Translations under genes and position numbers: made by a program
In this document: piece by piece, positions 8,483 through 17,905 of the stretch
Position numbering within the stretch: the first letter of the stretch is position 1
How the letters are laid out: every line of letters begins with the position of its first letter
Notes under the pieces: model-generated
What the model was told of the DNA's origin: nothing
Databases searched by the model: none
The model's input: the letters and a program-made list of their open reading frames with translations, nothing else
Assembly (NCBI GenBank): GCA_016699265.1
Contig: CP064967.1
Coordinates: forward strand, 540,001 to 572,000
Direction of reading: 5' to 3'
Length of the DNA stretch: 32,000 bases
Source: Candidatus Saccharimonadota bacterium
GTDB taxonomy: Bacteria; Patescibacteriota; Microgenomatia; UBA1406; GWC2-37-13

Positions 8483-8565
8483 GTAATTTTTATTTTGTAA
8501 TTTATATTAAATTCGTAATTGAAAACAATAATTCAAAAATCAAAATTAATAATTAAAAATTAACA
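8483..8565 (+). repeat. AT-rich intergenic element, copy 2; inverted relative to 5055-5136
   Basis: GTAATTTTTATTTTGTAATTTATATTAAATT...AAAATTAATAATTAAAAATTAAC in the tsaE-tsaD spacer. Confidence 0.5.
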
Positions 8566-8622
8566 GATATAGTTCTTTCTGTTTCGCTCTTATGTCTTAT
8601 ATATACATATATTAAGGTTGCC

Positions 8623-8952
8623 TTATCTTTCAGATCTTCTATAATCTCTCCCCGCTTTCTCCCACTCGATACACATAATATTTCCAGGAACAAGATACTT
8701 CTCTAGACCAAGATGTTTAAACTCTTCTTTGTCCGACAAGTTGTATAGATCTACATGAACAAAAATCCTATTGTTTCGAAACAATAGGATTGGGTATTCG
8801 TAATACACTACAAAGGTAGGAGAAATAATATTTGAAATGCCGAGCGCCTCTCCGAGGCCCTTTGTGAAGATTGTTTTACCCGCACCCAGATCGCCTTTCA
8901 ATATGAAGATAATTGGTTTCTTGCTATCTCTATTAAGCTCCTCTTGTAACAA
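8623..8952 (-). CDS. tsaE: t6A ATPase TsaE domain; the open frame continues upstream without a start codon to 9102, into the C-terminus of TsaC
   Basis: GDLGAGKT P-loop, SPTFVVYYEY, HVDLYNL and IEWEKAG. The track ORF starts at a TTG that would cut off the conserved TsaE N-terminus (SKSEVETKKFAHKL). That N-terminus is encoded in frame upstream. Confidence 0.85.
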   Translation of the reverse strand: MLQEELNRDSKKPIIFILKGDLGAGKTIFTKGLGEALGISNIISPTFVVYYEYPILLFRNNRIFVHVDLYNLSDKEEFKHLGLEKYLVPGNIMCIEWEKAGRDYRRSER

Positions 8953-9041
8953 CTTGTGAGCAAATTTCTTGGTTTCAACTTCACTTTTTGAAACATGGAG
9001 CGTAAAGCTTGTAACTTTTTGATCACCATCGCGAAGGACCT

Positions 9042-9583
9042 TTAAGTCTCCAGTTGTGAAGTCAACGACTGTTGACGGTTTATTGTGAGGTAAATCTCCC
9101 CATCAACAATGAGATCTACAAGGTTTTTACGACCGTGAGCAACTTGTTTATTAAATGATTTGATTGAGTAGTGAGGAGGTCGACCAGCCAGGTTTGCCGA
9201 GGTAGCTGTCAATGGTTTTCCAAATGTATTTACCAAATCAATGATCTCCTTGTTATCAGGAATGCGAATACCTAACGTTCCCTTTCTGACTCCAGTTCCG
9301 CCGCAGGTAATTTATGCTTTGAGGGTAGAACAATGGTATATGGACCAGGAAGTAATGTTCTCAGTCTCTTCTCAGTATCCACATTGATCTTCACGTATTG
9401 CTTCGCCATTTCCAAATCGCATACAAATATTGAAATCGGTTTTACCCGCTGGTCTTTGTTTAAAGTTGATGAGTTTTTCACTGCTTCCCCGTTCGAGGCA
9501 TCGCATAAAAGTCCGTAGACTGTATCGGTAGGATAGACCACAAGCCCACCGCGATTCAATGTTTCAATTATTTTGTCGTTCAT
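9042..9583 (-). pseudogene. tsaC: Threonylcarbamoyl-AMP synthase TsaC (YrdC-type domain), split by two apparent 1-nt deletions and fused in frame to tsaE
   Basis: The fragments read MNDKIIETLNRGGLVVYPTDTVYGLLCDA...LLPGPYTIVLPSK, then (shift near 9296-9300) GTGVRKGTLGIRIPDNKEIIDLVNTFGKPLTATSANLAGRPP...IVDG, then (shift at the C4 run 9098-9101) DLPHNKPSTVVDFTTGDLKVLRDG, then TsaE. The ATG at 9583 is preferred over the track TTG at 9610. Confidence 0.8.
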
Positions 9584-9655
9584 AAATAAGTTCTCTGTTC
9601 TACGCTTCAAGTTTCAAATAGAATGCTTAGGAATGCTCTATTTTACCAAAAAATC

Positions 9656-9664
9656 TGCTAGAAT
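9656..9664 (+). promoter_or_regulatory. Extended -10 TGcTAGAAT, 5 nt upstream of the ftsH ATG
   Basis: TG lies at 9656-9657 and TAGAAT at 9659-9664, with the ATG at 9670. There is no Shine-Dalgarno sequence. Confidence 0.5.
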
Positions 9665-9669
9665 TAGCC

Positions 9670-11535
9670 ATGCCTTCGAAAAAAAATCCTGAAAAAAAGG
9701 TGCGAGAATTCCGATTAAATATAAATATTCGAACTTTTTTCATATCTTTTTTTATACTTTTGTTTCTCTACTTTAGTTTCCAATCTCTATCAGGAGAAAT
9801 TAATAAAGCTCTTCCAGAAAAATCCTTAACAACGGTTATCTCAGAAATTAAACAAAAAAAAGTTCAGAAGGTAGAGGTTATAGATAATAAAGTATTGATT
9901 TATTACAAAAATAAAAACCTAGCGATCACCTATAAAGAAACTAGCGACAGTTTCGTCTCAACTCTGAAGGACTCCGGAGTAAATCCTAATGATCTGCAAA
10001 TTGTGGTTAAGGATACGCAGGGTTCCAGTAGCTTGATGTCTTTCTTGAGTAATTTTATTCCAACAATTTTGATGGTTGCTTTTTTCATCTTTTTATTTCG
10101 ACAGGCAAAAGGCGCTCAAGAAAATGTCTTTTCTTTTGGTCAATCTCGAGCTAAAAAATTTAACAAAGATATTTCAAAGATTACATTTAAAGATGTCGCT
10201 GGAGTTGACGAGGCCAAAAAGGAACTAGAGGAGGTTGTCGATTTTCTACGTCACCCTGATAAATATAAAAAAGTTGGCGCGCGTACTCCTAAAGGTGTCA
10301 TTCTCATTGGCCCGCCAGGTTGTGGAAAAACGCTTCTTGCAAAGGCGGTTGCGGGTGAGGCAGGAGTTCCATTCTTCTCGATTGCTGGTTCTGAGTTTAT
10401 GGAGATGTTAGTTGGTATTGGAGCGGCTCGTGTACGAGACCTATTTGCTACAGCAAAAAAAAGCGCACCAGCAATCATCTTTATTGATGAAATAGAAGCA
10501 ATTGGTCGTGCTCGAGCAACTGGAGTCATGCCATCTCATGATGAAAGAGAACAAACGCTCAATCAAATTCTAGTTGAGATGGATGGTTTTAATCCGAATG
10601 AACAGGTCGTTGTTATTGCAGCTACAAACCGTGGCGATCTTCTTGACTCTGCACTGCTTCGTGCGGGACGATTTGACAGAAGAATACTTGTGGACTATCC
10701 GGATCTTGAAGGAAGAAAAATGATCCTCGCTATTCACTCAAAAAACAAACCTGTGGAAAGCGCGGTCGACTGGGCAAAAATAGCAAAACGCACGGTTGGA
10801 TTTTCTGGCGCCGATATTGAAAGCATGCTTAACGAAGCAGCAATCGATGTTGCGAGGCAGTCGAAGGAATCTATTACCATGAACGCGCTAGAGGAGGCAG
10901 CTACAAAGGTCAAACTTGGCCCTGAAAAAAAACGACTCCAGTCAGATTATGACAAAAAACTCACAGCATATCATGAGGCTGGACACGCATTAGTTTCTCA
11001 CTACCAAACGCATACCGATCCTGTTCATAGAATTTCGATCGTTTCCCGTGGAATGGCGCTTGGATACACTCTTATTCCTCCCGAAAAGGATAAGCTACAT
11101 GAGACGAAGAATCATCTCCTCCAAAGAATCGCGGTTATGATGGGTGGAAGAGCTGCTGAAGACCTAATTTTTAAAGAGGTTACAACTGGCGCTGCGAACG
11201 ACTTCGATCAAGCAACGTCTGTAGCCAAAGCAATGGTGATGGAATATGGCATGAGCACCTTAGGACCGATTAATCTTGGACCGTCATATGACGTTACCGA
11301 GATGGGGAAGGCAACATGGCAGGAGAATCCTCTTTCTCAAGAGACAATGTCACTGATAGATAAAGAGGTAAAGACAATTCTCGCTGAAGGGTATAAAAAA
11401 GCAACTGAGATTATCAAGGTGCATAAAAAAGAACTCGATAAAGTTGCAAAAGAATTGCTTGCAAAGGAAAGTCTCGATCAGGATGAGTTTGAGCAATTGG
11501 TTGGGAAAAAGAAACAAAATATTGTAAATTCTTAA
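9670..11535 (+). CDS. ftsH: ATP-dependent zinc metalloprotease FtsH
   Basis: 621 aa with two N-terminal TM helices, AAA+ Walker A GPPGCGKT, Walker [10 protein letters not shown] and the zinc motif HEAGHAL. Confidence 0.97.
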   Translation: MPSKKNPEKKVREFRLNINIRTFFISFFILLFLYFSFQSLSGEINKALPEKSLTTVISEIKQKKVQKVEVIDNKVLIYYKNKNLAITYKETSDSFVSTLKDSGVNPNDLQIVVKDTQGSSSLMSFLSNFIPTILMVAFFIFLFRQAKGAQENVFSFGQSRAKKFNKDISKITFKDVAGVDEAKKELEEVVDFLRHPDKYKKVGARTPKGVILIGPPGCGKTLLAKAVAGEAGVPFFSIAGSEFMEMLVGIGAARVRDLFATAKKSAPAIIFIDEIEAIGRARATGVMPSHDEREQTLNQILVEMDGFNPNEQVVVIAATNRGDLLDSALLRAGRFDRRILVDYPDLEGRKMILAIHSKNKPVESAVDWAKIAKRTVGFSGADIESMLNEAAIDVARQSKESITMNALEEAATKVKLGPEKKRLQSDYDKKLTAYHEAGHALVSHYQTHTDPVHRISIVSRGMALGYTLIPPEKDKLHETKNHLLQRIAVMMGGRAAEDLIFKEVTTGAANDFDQATSVAKAMVMEYGMSTLGPINLGPSYDVTEMGKATWQENPLSQETMSLIDKEVKTILAEGYKKATEIIKVHKKELDKVAKELLAKESLDQDEFEQLVGKKKQNIVNS

Positions 11536-11540
11536 ATTGT

Positions 11541-12503
11541 ATGGATACCCTCCTTATAATCGATGGCAATGCCATCATGCATAGAGCATTTCATGCGCTC
11601 CCCCCTTTCAAGACAAAGACTGGAGTTCCAACACAGGTTATATACGGATTTTTTGGAATGCTAGGAAAGGCACTTGAGCTCTTCAAACCAACTCATGTTG
11701 CTATCTGTTTCGATACACCTAAAAAAACCTTTCGACAAAAACTTCTTAAGGAATATCAAGCACAACGTCCAGAGATGGCTGATGACTTTAAACAACAGAT
11801 TCCTCTTCTTCAAAATCTTATAGACAAAGCTGGTATATTTCGAGAGGAACAGGATGGACTTGAGGCGGATGATGTGATAGGAACAATTGCGCAAAAAGCA
11901 AAGGATAAAAAGATGAGAACACTCATTCTTACCGGAGACAAAGATATCATGCAGCTCGTAAATCATCATGTCTTCGTAATCTCTCCGAAATTCGGACTCA
12001 CAGAAATAACGTTATATGACGAAGACGCGGTAATGAAGAAACTTGGCGTAATGCCTTCTATGATTCCTGATTACAAGGCTTTGGTTGGAGACCCATCGGA
12101 CAATTATCCCGGCGCAAAAGGTATCGGTCCCAAATCTGCCATTACACTTCTGGAAAAATTCCACACCGTAGAAAATCTACTCGAGCATGTCAACCAACTC
12201 CCAGACGGCCGACAGAAGGATCTTATTGAATCGAATCGTGAGAACATTATTCTTTCCAAGAAACTTGCAGTTATTGTTCAGGACGCAGACATTGAGTTCA
12301 ATTTCGATAAAGCAAAATTTGACGGATTCGCCAAATCCTTCAAAGACGAACTTGAGAAGTATGAGATGAAATCCCTCATCGCTCGCTTATTTAAGGATCC
12401 CTCCTTCGCTCGCGGCAAGGCCGGAGCTAAGGTTGGCAAGGAAACCTCAAAACCTAAGCGGATTAAAGTGGAAGATCCCAAAGATCAGATCGGTATGTTC
12501 TAA
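11541..12503 (+). CDS. Stand-alone 5'-3' exonuclease / flap endonuclease (Pol I N-terminal domain homologue) with a Lys-rich tail
   Basis: 320 aa with LLIIDGNAIMHRAFHALP, LEADDVIGT, ILTGDKDIMQL and GDPSDNYPGAKGIGPKSA. There is no polymerase domain. Confidence 0.9.
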   Translation: MDTLLIIDGNAIMHRAFHALPPFKTKTGVPTQVIYGFFGMLGKALELFKPTHVAICFDTPKKTFRQKLLKEYQAQRPEMADDFKQQIPLLQNLIDKAGIFREEQDGLEADDVIGTIAQKAKDKKMRTLILTGDKDIMQLVNHHVFVISPKFGLTEITLYDEDAVMKKLGVMPSMIPDYKALVGDPSDNYPGAKGIGPKSAITLLEKFHTVENLLEHVNQLPDGRQKDLIESNRENIILSKKLAVIVQDADIEFNFDKAKFDGFAKSFKDELEKYEMKSLIARLFKDPSFARGKAGAKVGKETSKPKRIKVEDPKDQIGMF

Positions 12504-12545
12504 TCTCTCAGTTCTCCTACTCTAGCAATCTAAACGAAAAAGTGA

Positions 12546-12553
12546 TGTACAAT
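12546..12553 (+). promoter_or_regulatory. -10 element TG-TACAAT, 7 nt upstream of the ATG at 12561
   Basis: TACAAT lies at 12548-12553. The track GTG at 12555 is only 1 nt from the hexamer, so the ATG at 12561 is the likelier start. Confidence 0.4.
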
Positions 12554-12560
12554 AGTGCCG

Positions 12561-13709
12561 ATGAAAAAACAAAAGATTGCACTTGTCTACGATTGGGTTG
12601 ATAAATGGGGTGGCGTTGAACGGCTACTCCTCGAACTTCACAGAATTTACCCCGCTGCTCCACTCTACACTTCGTTTTATAACCCGAAGACAGCGCCTTG
12701 GGCGAGGAGCATAAAAATAAAGACCTCGTTTATGCAGAATCTTCCTGACTTTGTTAAAAAAAGTCGGGTTCTTTCCTTATTGTTTTTCCCATTCGCATTT
12801 CTGTCCTTCGACCTCTCCCGATATGACATGATAATCAGCGTCTCATCCGCTTTTGCAAAAGGAGTCAAAACTACTCCCAATCAAAAACATATATCAATCA
12901 TTCTCACCCCTCCTCGTTACCTCTGGTCCCATCAAAACGACTACCTAAACAATTCGATTAAATACTTATTCGAACAGTGTTTAAATATTTTGAAATGGTG
13001 TGATTTTAAAATAGCGCAGAAACCCGATGTTTTATTTTCGATTTCCGATCGAGTGAGACATCGGGTAAAAAAATACTATCGACGTGATTCAGAAGTTCTC
13101 TATCCTCCATTTGATACTGCTTACTGGTCTCAGATAAAAAAACAGATCTCAACAAAAAAATTTAGACCTGGTTTCTACTTCATTCCAAAAAACGAATACT
13201 ACCTCGTTGTCAGCAGACTTGAAACCTACAAAAAAATCGATCTCGTGCTTCAATTATTTAAACAATTGAAGCAGCCACTCATTGTCGTAGGTTCCGGCAC
13301 TCAAGAAAATAAACTAAAACAGTTCGTTAAGAAGAATAAAATGAACAATATTCTTTTTCTTAAAAACGTGACGGACGCTGATGTCGCATATTTATATACT
13401 TACGCAAGAGCACTGACCATGCCTCAGGAAGAAGACTTTGGGTATACCTCACTTGAGGCACAGTTTTTTGGTTGTCCGGTAATCTCATTTAAAAATTCTG
13501 GAGCTGCGGAAACGATTATCAATGGAAAATCAGGAATTTTATTTGATAAACAAAGCATAAAATCACTTTCAAACGCCATTGAAAGATCAAAAAGCATACC
13601 GTACAATGATCGACATGAAAGCGATTATCTTCGCGGGAGGAGTTGGCACAAGACTGTGGCCACTTTCAAGAAAAAAATCACCGAAGCAGTTCGAAAAAAT
13701 CATAGGTGA
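12561..13709 (+). CDS. GT-B fold glycosyltransferase (GT4-like)
   Basis: It has an E-x7-E region (QEEDFGYTSLEAQFFGCPVISFKNSGAAETIINGKSGILF). The start could be the GTG at 12555 or the ATG at 12561. The last ~95 nt overlap the next gene out of frame and may be an artefact (see findings). Confidence 0.85.
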   Translation: MKKQKIALVYDWVDKWGGVERLLLELHRIYPAAPLYTSFYNPKTAPWARSIKIKTSFMQNLPDFVKKSRVLSLLFFPFAFLSFDLSRYDMIISVSSAFAKGVKTTPNQKHISIILTPPRYLWSHQNDYLNNSIKYLFEQCLNILKWCDFKIAQKPDVLFSISDRVRHRVKKYYRRDSEVLYPPFDTAYWSQIKKQISTKKFRPGFYFIPKNEYYLVVSRLETYKKIDLVLQLFKQLKQPLIVVGSGTQENKLKQFVKKNKMNNILFLKNVTDADVAYLYTYARALTMPQEEDFGYTSLEAQFFGCPVISFKNSGAAETIINGKSGILFDKQSIKSLSNAIERSKSIPYNDRHESDYLRGRSWHKTVATFKKKITEAVRKNHR

Positions 13710-14703
13710 CCGATCTACCCTACAATTAACTGTTGACAGACTAACTCCGGAGTTTAAACCTTCTGACATCTTTATCTCGACCGGCACCGCATATAAAGAG
13801 GTTGTTCACCTTCAGTTGCCCGATGTCCCTACTGAAAACATAATACTTGAACCCTGTAAAAAAGATGTGGGACCAGCTGTTGCATATGCAGTGGCCTATG
13901 TATCTAAGATGGCTGATGAAAATGAGCCTATCGTTATTCTATGGAGTGATCATATCGTAAAACATCAAGTTAAATTCAAACAAATACTTGTTGCTGCCGA
14001 GCAATTCATAGCCGAATCACCAAATAAAATTGTTTTTATTGGGCAAAAACCGAGGTTCGCCTCCGAAAACCTTGGGTGGATCCAGTATGGAGATGCTTCG
14101 CATACCAAAAATGATATTGAGTTTCACAGTTTCACAGGATTCAAGTATCGTCCGAAGCCAGAATTAGCTCAAGAGTACTTTACCAGCGGAAGGCACTGTT
14201 GGAATCTTGGATACTTCGTCACAACCCCGGCAAATCTAATGCAGAAGTTCGCAACCTTCACTCCTGAGATTTCAACAAGACTTTCTACGATACTCTCACA
14301 CTTCCAAATGGACGACTATGATTCGGTATTAAACACTGAGTATTCCCAGTTTCCTGAAGTAAATTTTGATAATGCGGTTTTAGAAAAATTATCTGCAGAA
14401 GATGCCGTCGTCGCAGTGGAGGATATTGGCTGGAGCGATGTAGGAGCCTGGGAGGCATTAAAAGAAGCTCTTGAAAAAGATCGACAAGACACTGTTACAC
14501 TTGGAAACGTGCTACTTCAAGATTCAAATGATTCCCTTGTATACAATTACGAGGACCAAAAACTGGTTGTTGGTATCGATTTAGACGAGCTATTGGTAAT
14601 CAATACAAAGGATGCGCTATTGGTAACCAAAAAAACTTCGGTTGCTAAGGTGAAATCTCTAGTAGAAAGTTTTAAAGGAACTGAACACGAGGACTTGACG
14701 TAA
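13615..14703 (+). CDS. manC: Mannose-1-phosphate guanylyltransferase-like sugar nucleotidyltransferase
   Basis: MKAIIFAGGVGTRLWPLSRKKSPKQF is the G-G-x-G-T-R-L-x-P-L signature. The ATG at 13615 is preferred over the track TTG at 13579. TACAAT lies at 13602-13607, 7 nt upstream. Confidence 0.85.
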   Translation: MKAIIFAGGVGTRLWPLSRKKSPKQFEKIIGDRSTLQLTVDRLTPEFKPSDIFISTGTAYKEVVHLQLPDVPTENIILEPCKKDVGPAVAYAVAYVSKMADENEPIVILWSDHIVKHQVKFKQILVAAEQFIAESPNKIVFIGQKPRFASENLGWIQYGDASHTKNDIEFHSFTGFKYRPKPELAQEYFTSGRHCWNLGYFVTTPANLMQKFATFTPEISTRLSTILSHFQMDDYDSVLNTEYSQFPEVNFDNAVLEKLSAEDAVVAVEDIGWSDVGAWEALKEALEKDRQDTVTLGNVLLQDSNDSLVYNYEDQKLVVGIDLDELLVINTKDALLVTKKTSVAKVKSLVESFKGTEHEDLT

Positions 14704-14708
14704 TACAT

Positions 14709-15371
14709 ATGCAAAAGTACTTACAAGGACCTCTCTATAGAGCTTACCTAAAACGGTTAATTGATATTTTTCTATCTATCACTCTTCTTATCTTATTCTC
14801 ACCTATTTGCGCAGTGACAGCGGTCATAATCAAGCTCACTTCACCGGGTCCACTATTTGCAGATGTACCCGAGAGAATCGGACGAAATACGAAGCGCTTC
14901 ACCATGTACAAATTCAGATCGATGATTAACAACGCACATGTCATCTTAAGAACAGATCCTAAGTTCGCAGAACTCTTCTCTGAATACAAAAAAGGGAGTT
15001 ATAAACTTTTAAACGATCCCCGTGTCACAAAATTTGGTACAATTATCCGTAAGCACTCGATTGATGAGATCCCACAACTACTAAACGTTCTTAAAGGACA
15101 GATGAGTATAGTAGGACCAAGAGCGTACTATAAAGATGAGTTAGAGGACCAACAAAAGAAATATCCTCATACTCGGGCTCTTGTAAAAAGAGTGCTATCG
15201 CTAAATCCAGGAATTACTGGACTCTGGCAGGTTTCAGGAAGATCAGAAATTAACTTTGACAAACGAATTGCTCTTGATGCATCGTACGTCGATAATTTAT
15301 CATTATGGAACGATCTAAAAATAATTCTCAAAACACCATGGATAATGATTACAGGCAGAGGAGCGGTTTAG
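14709..15371 (+). CDS. Small monotopic phosphoglycosyl transferase (bacterial sugar transferase family, WbaP/PglC-like)
   Basis: 220 aa with [10 protein letters not shown] + reentrant helix, [42 protein letters not shown] and [13 protein letters not shown]. Confidence 0.9.
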   Translation: MQKYLQGPLYRAYLKRLIDIFLSITLLILFSPICAVTAVIIKLTSPGPLFADVPERIGRNTKRFTMYKFRSMINNAHVILRTDPKFAELFSEYKKGSYKLLNDPRVTKFGTIIRKHSIDEIPQLLNVLKGQMSIVGPRAYYKDELEDQQKKYPHTRALVKRVLSLNPGITGLWQVSGRSEINFDKRIALDASYVDNLSLWNDLKIILKTPWIMITGRGAV

Positions 15372-15422
15372 CCAAAATTCAACCCTTGCAAGCTGGAGGG
15401 CAACCTCTACGACAAACACTTA

Positions 15423-15428
15423 AAGGAG
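15423..15428 (+). promoter_or_regulatory. Shine-Dalgarno AAGGAG, 5 nt upstream of the ATG at 15434
   Basis: This is one of only two clear SD sequences I could find in the window. Confidence 0.6.
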
Positions 15429-15433
15429 ACGAT

Positions 15434-17281
15434 ATGGGACGTAGAAAAAAAAGATTAAAACAAAAACTGTTTGCAATTGGAATTGCAGTTTTTGTGGTTG
15501 TTTTCTTTATTATAGTTCCGGTTATTAAAATTCGTTCTCACATTAAGCCCGTTACTGAGTCGGCAAAAGCACTTAAATATGTTTTTTCTCTCAACGACAT
15601 GGATCAAGTAGAGGCTAAAATGGCCGACTTTTCAAAGACCTACGACTCCTTTGAAAACGATGCAAAAGGTATTTACTGGCTATCATTTATTCCCTATGTC
15701 TCCGACTTCAAAAATGCAGTTGAGGCTGGACATTTCTCGATCGCCGCTGGTAAAGACGGGATAAAATCAATTGCTCCTTACGCAGATCTCATAGGATTTA
15801 AGAAGGGAGGATCTTCCTTCTCAGAAAAGTCTGCAGAGGATCGTCTACAGACAGCGGTTCTCACACTAGATAAAGTTCTTGGAAACATTGACAAGATCTC
15901 AGAAAACATTAAGCAGGCAGAGACTCGAATAGAAAAAATCGACCCAAACAGATACCCAGACTCATTCGGTAATATGAAAGTTAGAGCGTCCGTTATATCG
16001 GTTAAGGAACAGTTCCATGGGGTTTCGTCACTTTTTGTCGATGCAAAACCACTACTTAAACAACTTCCTAAAATTCTCGGTAAGGATAAGGAAAAAACAT
16101 ATCTCATACTATTCCAAAATAACTACGAAAGACGCGCAACGGGTGGATTCTTAACTTCATACGCATACTTCAGAATAAAAAATGGAAAGATGGAAATTGA
16201 AAAGTCATCCGATATTTATTCACTCGACGAATCGATTTCTTCACATCCAGTGGCTCCAAAAGAGATTCTAACCTATCATAAAGGAGTAAATAACTTCTAT
16301 ATAAGAGATAGTAATCTGTCTCCTGACCTTCCAACGTCAATCAAGATCTTTGAGTCACTCTATAGTAGAAGTGGGAACCAACAAAACTACGACGGAGTTA
16401 TCATGCTAGATGCCAAGGTTCTAGTAGACATGCTTACTATATTTGGAGATACCGAAGTAAGTGGAGTTACATTCTCAGCTAACAAAGATTCAAGATGCGA
16501 TTGTCCTCAAGTAATCTACACTCTGTTTGATATTGTGGACAGACCGGTAAACTACATAAAGACCGATCGTAAAGGAATCTTAGGAGATCTCATGTTTGCC
16601 CTCTTTAATAAAGCGATTGGGTTCTCACCTTCCAAGTACTGGGGAACTCTTGCTCAGACAATGTTTGGAAATCTCGAACAGAAGCACATCCTACTTTACT
16701 TTAAGGATAAAAATCTACAGATGGCAGCCGAACAGATCAATTTTGCAGGAAGAATTAAGACCACAGACGGAGACTATCTCCACATAAACAATGTTAACTT
16801 TGCGGGCGCAAAATCAAATCTTTACGTGAGTGAGACTATTGAATCCAAAACGACAAAAGCTTCTTCCGGTGAAATACAGCGCGAGGTTGTTATTACATAC
16901 AAAAATCCTTACGCTCACTCCGACTGTAATCTTGAAAGAGGAGGGCTTTGTCTCAATGCCGTACTAAGAAACTGGCTCCGTGTCTACGTGCCAAAAGGTT
17001 CTAAATTAGTCTCGTTCAAAGGGTCCCAGAAAACCGTAAAGACCTATGACTCGCTTGGTAAGACGGTGTTCGAGGGATTTATGACGGTGAGTCCAGAAGG
17101 TCGAGCACAGGTTACCGTTACGTATACTCTTCCAAACTCGATCAAGGCAAAAGACTACTCCTTGATGGTACAAAAGCAACCTGGAGTTGAGGATAAACAG
17201 GATGTATCAATTACCGTTGCTGGACAGAAAATGTACGATGGACTATTCGATACTGACAAACAGTACACGAAGAGTTTTTAA
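15434..17281 (+). CDS. Membrane-anchored DUF4012-like envelope protein
   Basis: The start MGRRKKRLKQK + TM helix is preferred over the track start at 15305. LILFQNNYERRATGGFLTSYAYF matches my recollection of the DUF4012 core motif (QN.AE.R.TGG). Confidence 0.75.
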   Translation: MGRRKKRLKQKLFAIGIAVFVVVFFIIVPVIKIRSHIKPVTESAKALKYVFSLNDMDQVEAKMADFSKTYDSFENDAKGIYWLSFIPYVSDFKNAVEAGHFSIAAGKDGIKSIAPYADLIGFKKGGSSFSEKSAEDRLQTAVLTLDKVLGNIDKISENIKQAETRIEKIDPNRYPDSFGNMKVRASVISVKEQFHGVSSLFVDAKPLLKQLPKILGKDKEKTYLILFQNNYERRATGGFLTSYAYFRIKNGKMEIEKSSDIYSLDESISSHPVAPKEILTYHKGVNNFYIRDSNLSPDLPTSIKIFESLYSRSGNQQNYDGVIMLDAKVLVDMLTIFGDTEVSGVTFSANKDSRCDCPQVIYTLFDIVDRPVNYIKTDRKGILGDLMFALFNKAIGFSPSKYWGTLAQTMFGNLEQKHILLYFKDKNLQMAAEQINFAGRIKTTDGDYLHINNVNFAGAKSNLYVSETIESKTTKASSGEIQREVVITYKNPYAHSDCNLERGGLCLNAVLRNWLRVYVPKGSKLVSFKGSQKTVKTYDSLGKTVFEGFMTVSPEGRAQVTVTYTLPNSIKAKDYSLMVQKQPGVEDKQDVSITVAGQKMYDGLFDTDKQYTKSF

Positions 17282-17290
17282 TCACGCTCC

Positions 17291-17815
17291 ATGCCGATCC
17301 TACTCAAAACAAACGGCATTGTTTTAAGCAGTAAGATTCTTCCAAGTAATGACGTAATTTATATCGTACTTACCGAAGAAAAGGGAAAGCTGCGAATTTT
17401 CGGCAAGGGAGTAAAAAAGACATCCAGTAGGCGCAGACCACATCTTCAGACCGGAAACCTAATCTCAGCGGTTCTCAGACGCTCAAATGAAACTTATTAT
17501 CTACAGGAAACAACGCTTATTTCGGCATTCTCTCAGATAAAACAATCTTCGGAAAAGCTAGGCTGGCTATATGCGTTTCTCTTCATGATCGATCGTCTCT
17601 TGCCTGAGATGGAAAAGGATCAACACATCTACAACATCGTTCAAAAACACCTGATCGATCTTGCTCAGAAGAAAGAAGAACAAGCTATGTTCACAGAAAG
17701 TGCGAATAGTGTACTTAGCGCGTTAGGATACACCTCAGAAAAAATTTCTTTAGAGGACATCAAGGAGCTCTTTACTGATCTTACCCACCAAAAACTCCCC
17801 CTGAATACGATATAA
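17291..17815 (+). CDS. recO: Short RecO-like recombination mediator (OB-fold N-domain; no zinc-finger region seen)
   Basis: 174 aa. TNGIVLSSKILPSNDVIYIVLTEEKGKLRIFGKGVKKTSSRRRPHLQTGN resembles the RecO N-terminal OB domain. It is much shorter than canonical RecO. Confidence 0.65.
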   Translation: MPILLKTNGIVLSSKILPSNDVIYIVLTEEKGKLRIFGKGVKKTSSRRRPHLQTGNLISAVLRRSNETYYLQETTLISAFSQIKQSSEKLGWLYAFLFMIDRLLPEMEKDQHIYNIVQKHLIDLAQKKEEQAMFTESANSVLSALGYTSEKISLEDIKELFTDLTHQKLPLNTI

Positions 17816-17827
17816 TATACATATCGT
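17807..17827 (+). other. 7-bp stem / 7-nt loop hairpin overlapping the recO stop codon
   Basis: ACGATAT-aatatac-ATATCGT. No T-tract follows. Confidence 0.3.
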
Positions 17828-17831
17828 GTCG

Positions 17832-17905
17832 AAAGTCCGTAAAGTCCATAAAGTCTGACATTATAGACTTTTGACTTTATAGACAGACCGACAGGCAGAC
17901 TTTAC
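17832..17905 (+). promoter_or_regulatory. Repeat-structured glyQS upstream region: 3 x tandem 9-mer AAAGTC(C/T)NN followed by 3 x inverted (A)GACTTT
   Basis: AAAGTCCGT AAAGTCCAT AAAGTCTGA lies at 17832-17858, followed by AGACTTTT, GACTTTAT and AGACTTTAC. Nested pairings are possible: 17839-17846 with 17898-17905, and 17848-17855 with 17873-17880. Confidence 0.45.

Noticed and set aside
8474-8622. AT-rich spacers (also 5055-5132) considered as CRISPR-like or tRNA/ncRNA-bearing regions.
   Set aside because: There are no regularly spaced direct repeats of 25-40 nt with unique spacers. No tRNA cloverleaf or conserved GTTCGAATC-type T-arm is present. The sequence is almost pure A/T.
15305-15433. 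N-terminal extensions proposed by the ORF track: 15305 for the DUF4012-like gene, 13579 for manC, 23309 for the LPAAG protein, 21137 for the small TM protein and 9610 for tsaC.
   Set aside because: These extensions begin at TTG, GTG or upstream codons inside the preceding gene. The internal ATGs are preceded by an SD or a -10-like hexamer and give sensible N-termini (basic residues + TM helix, or the conserved GGxGTRL motif).
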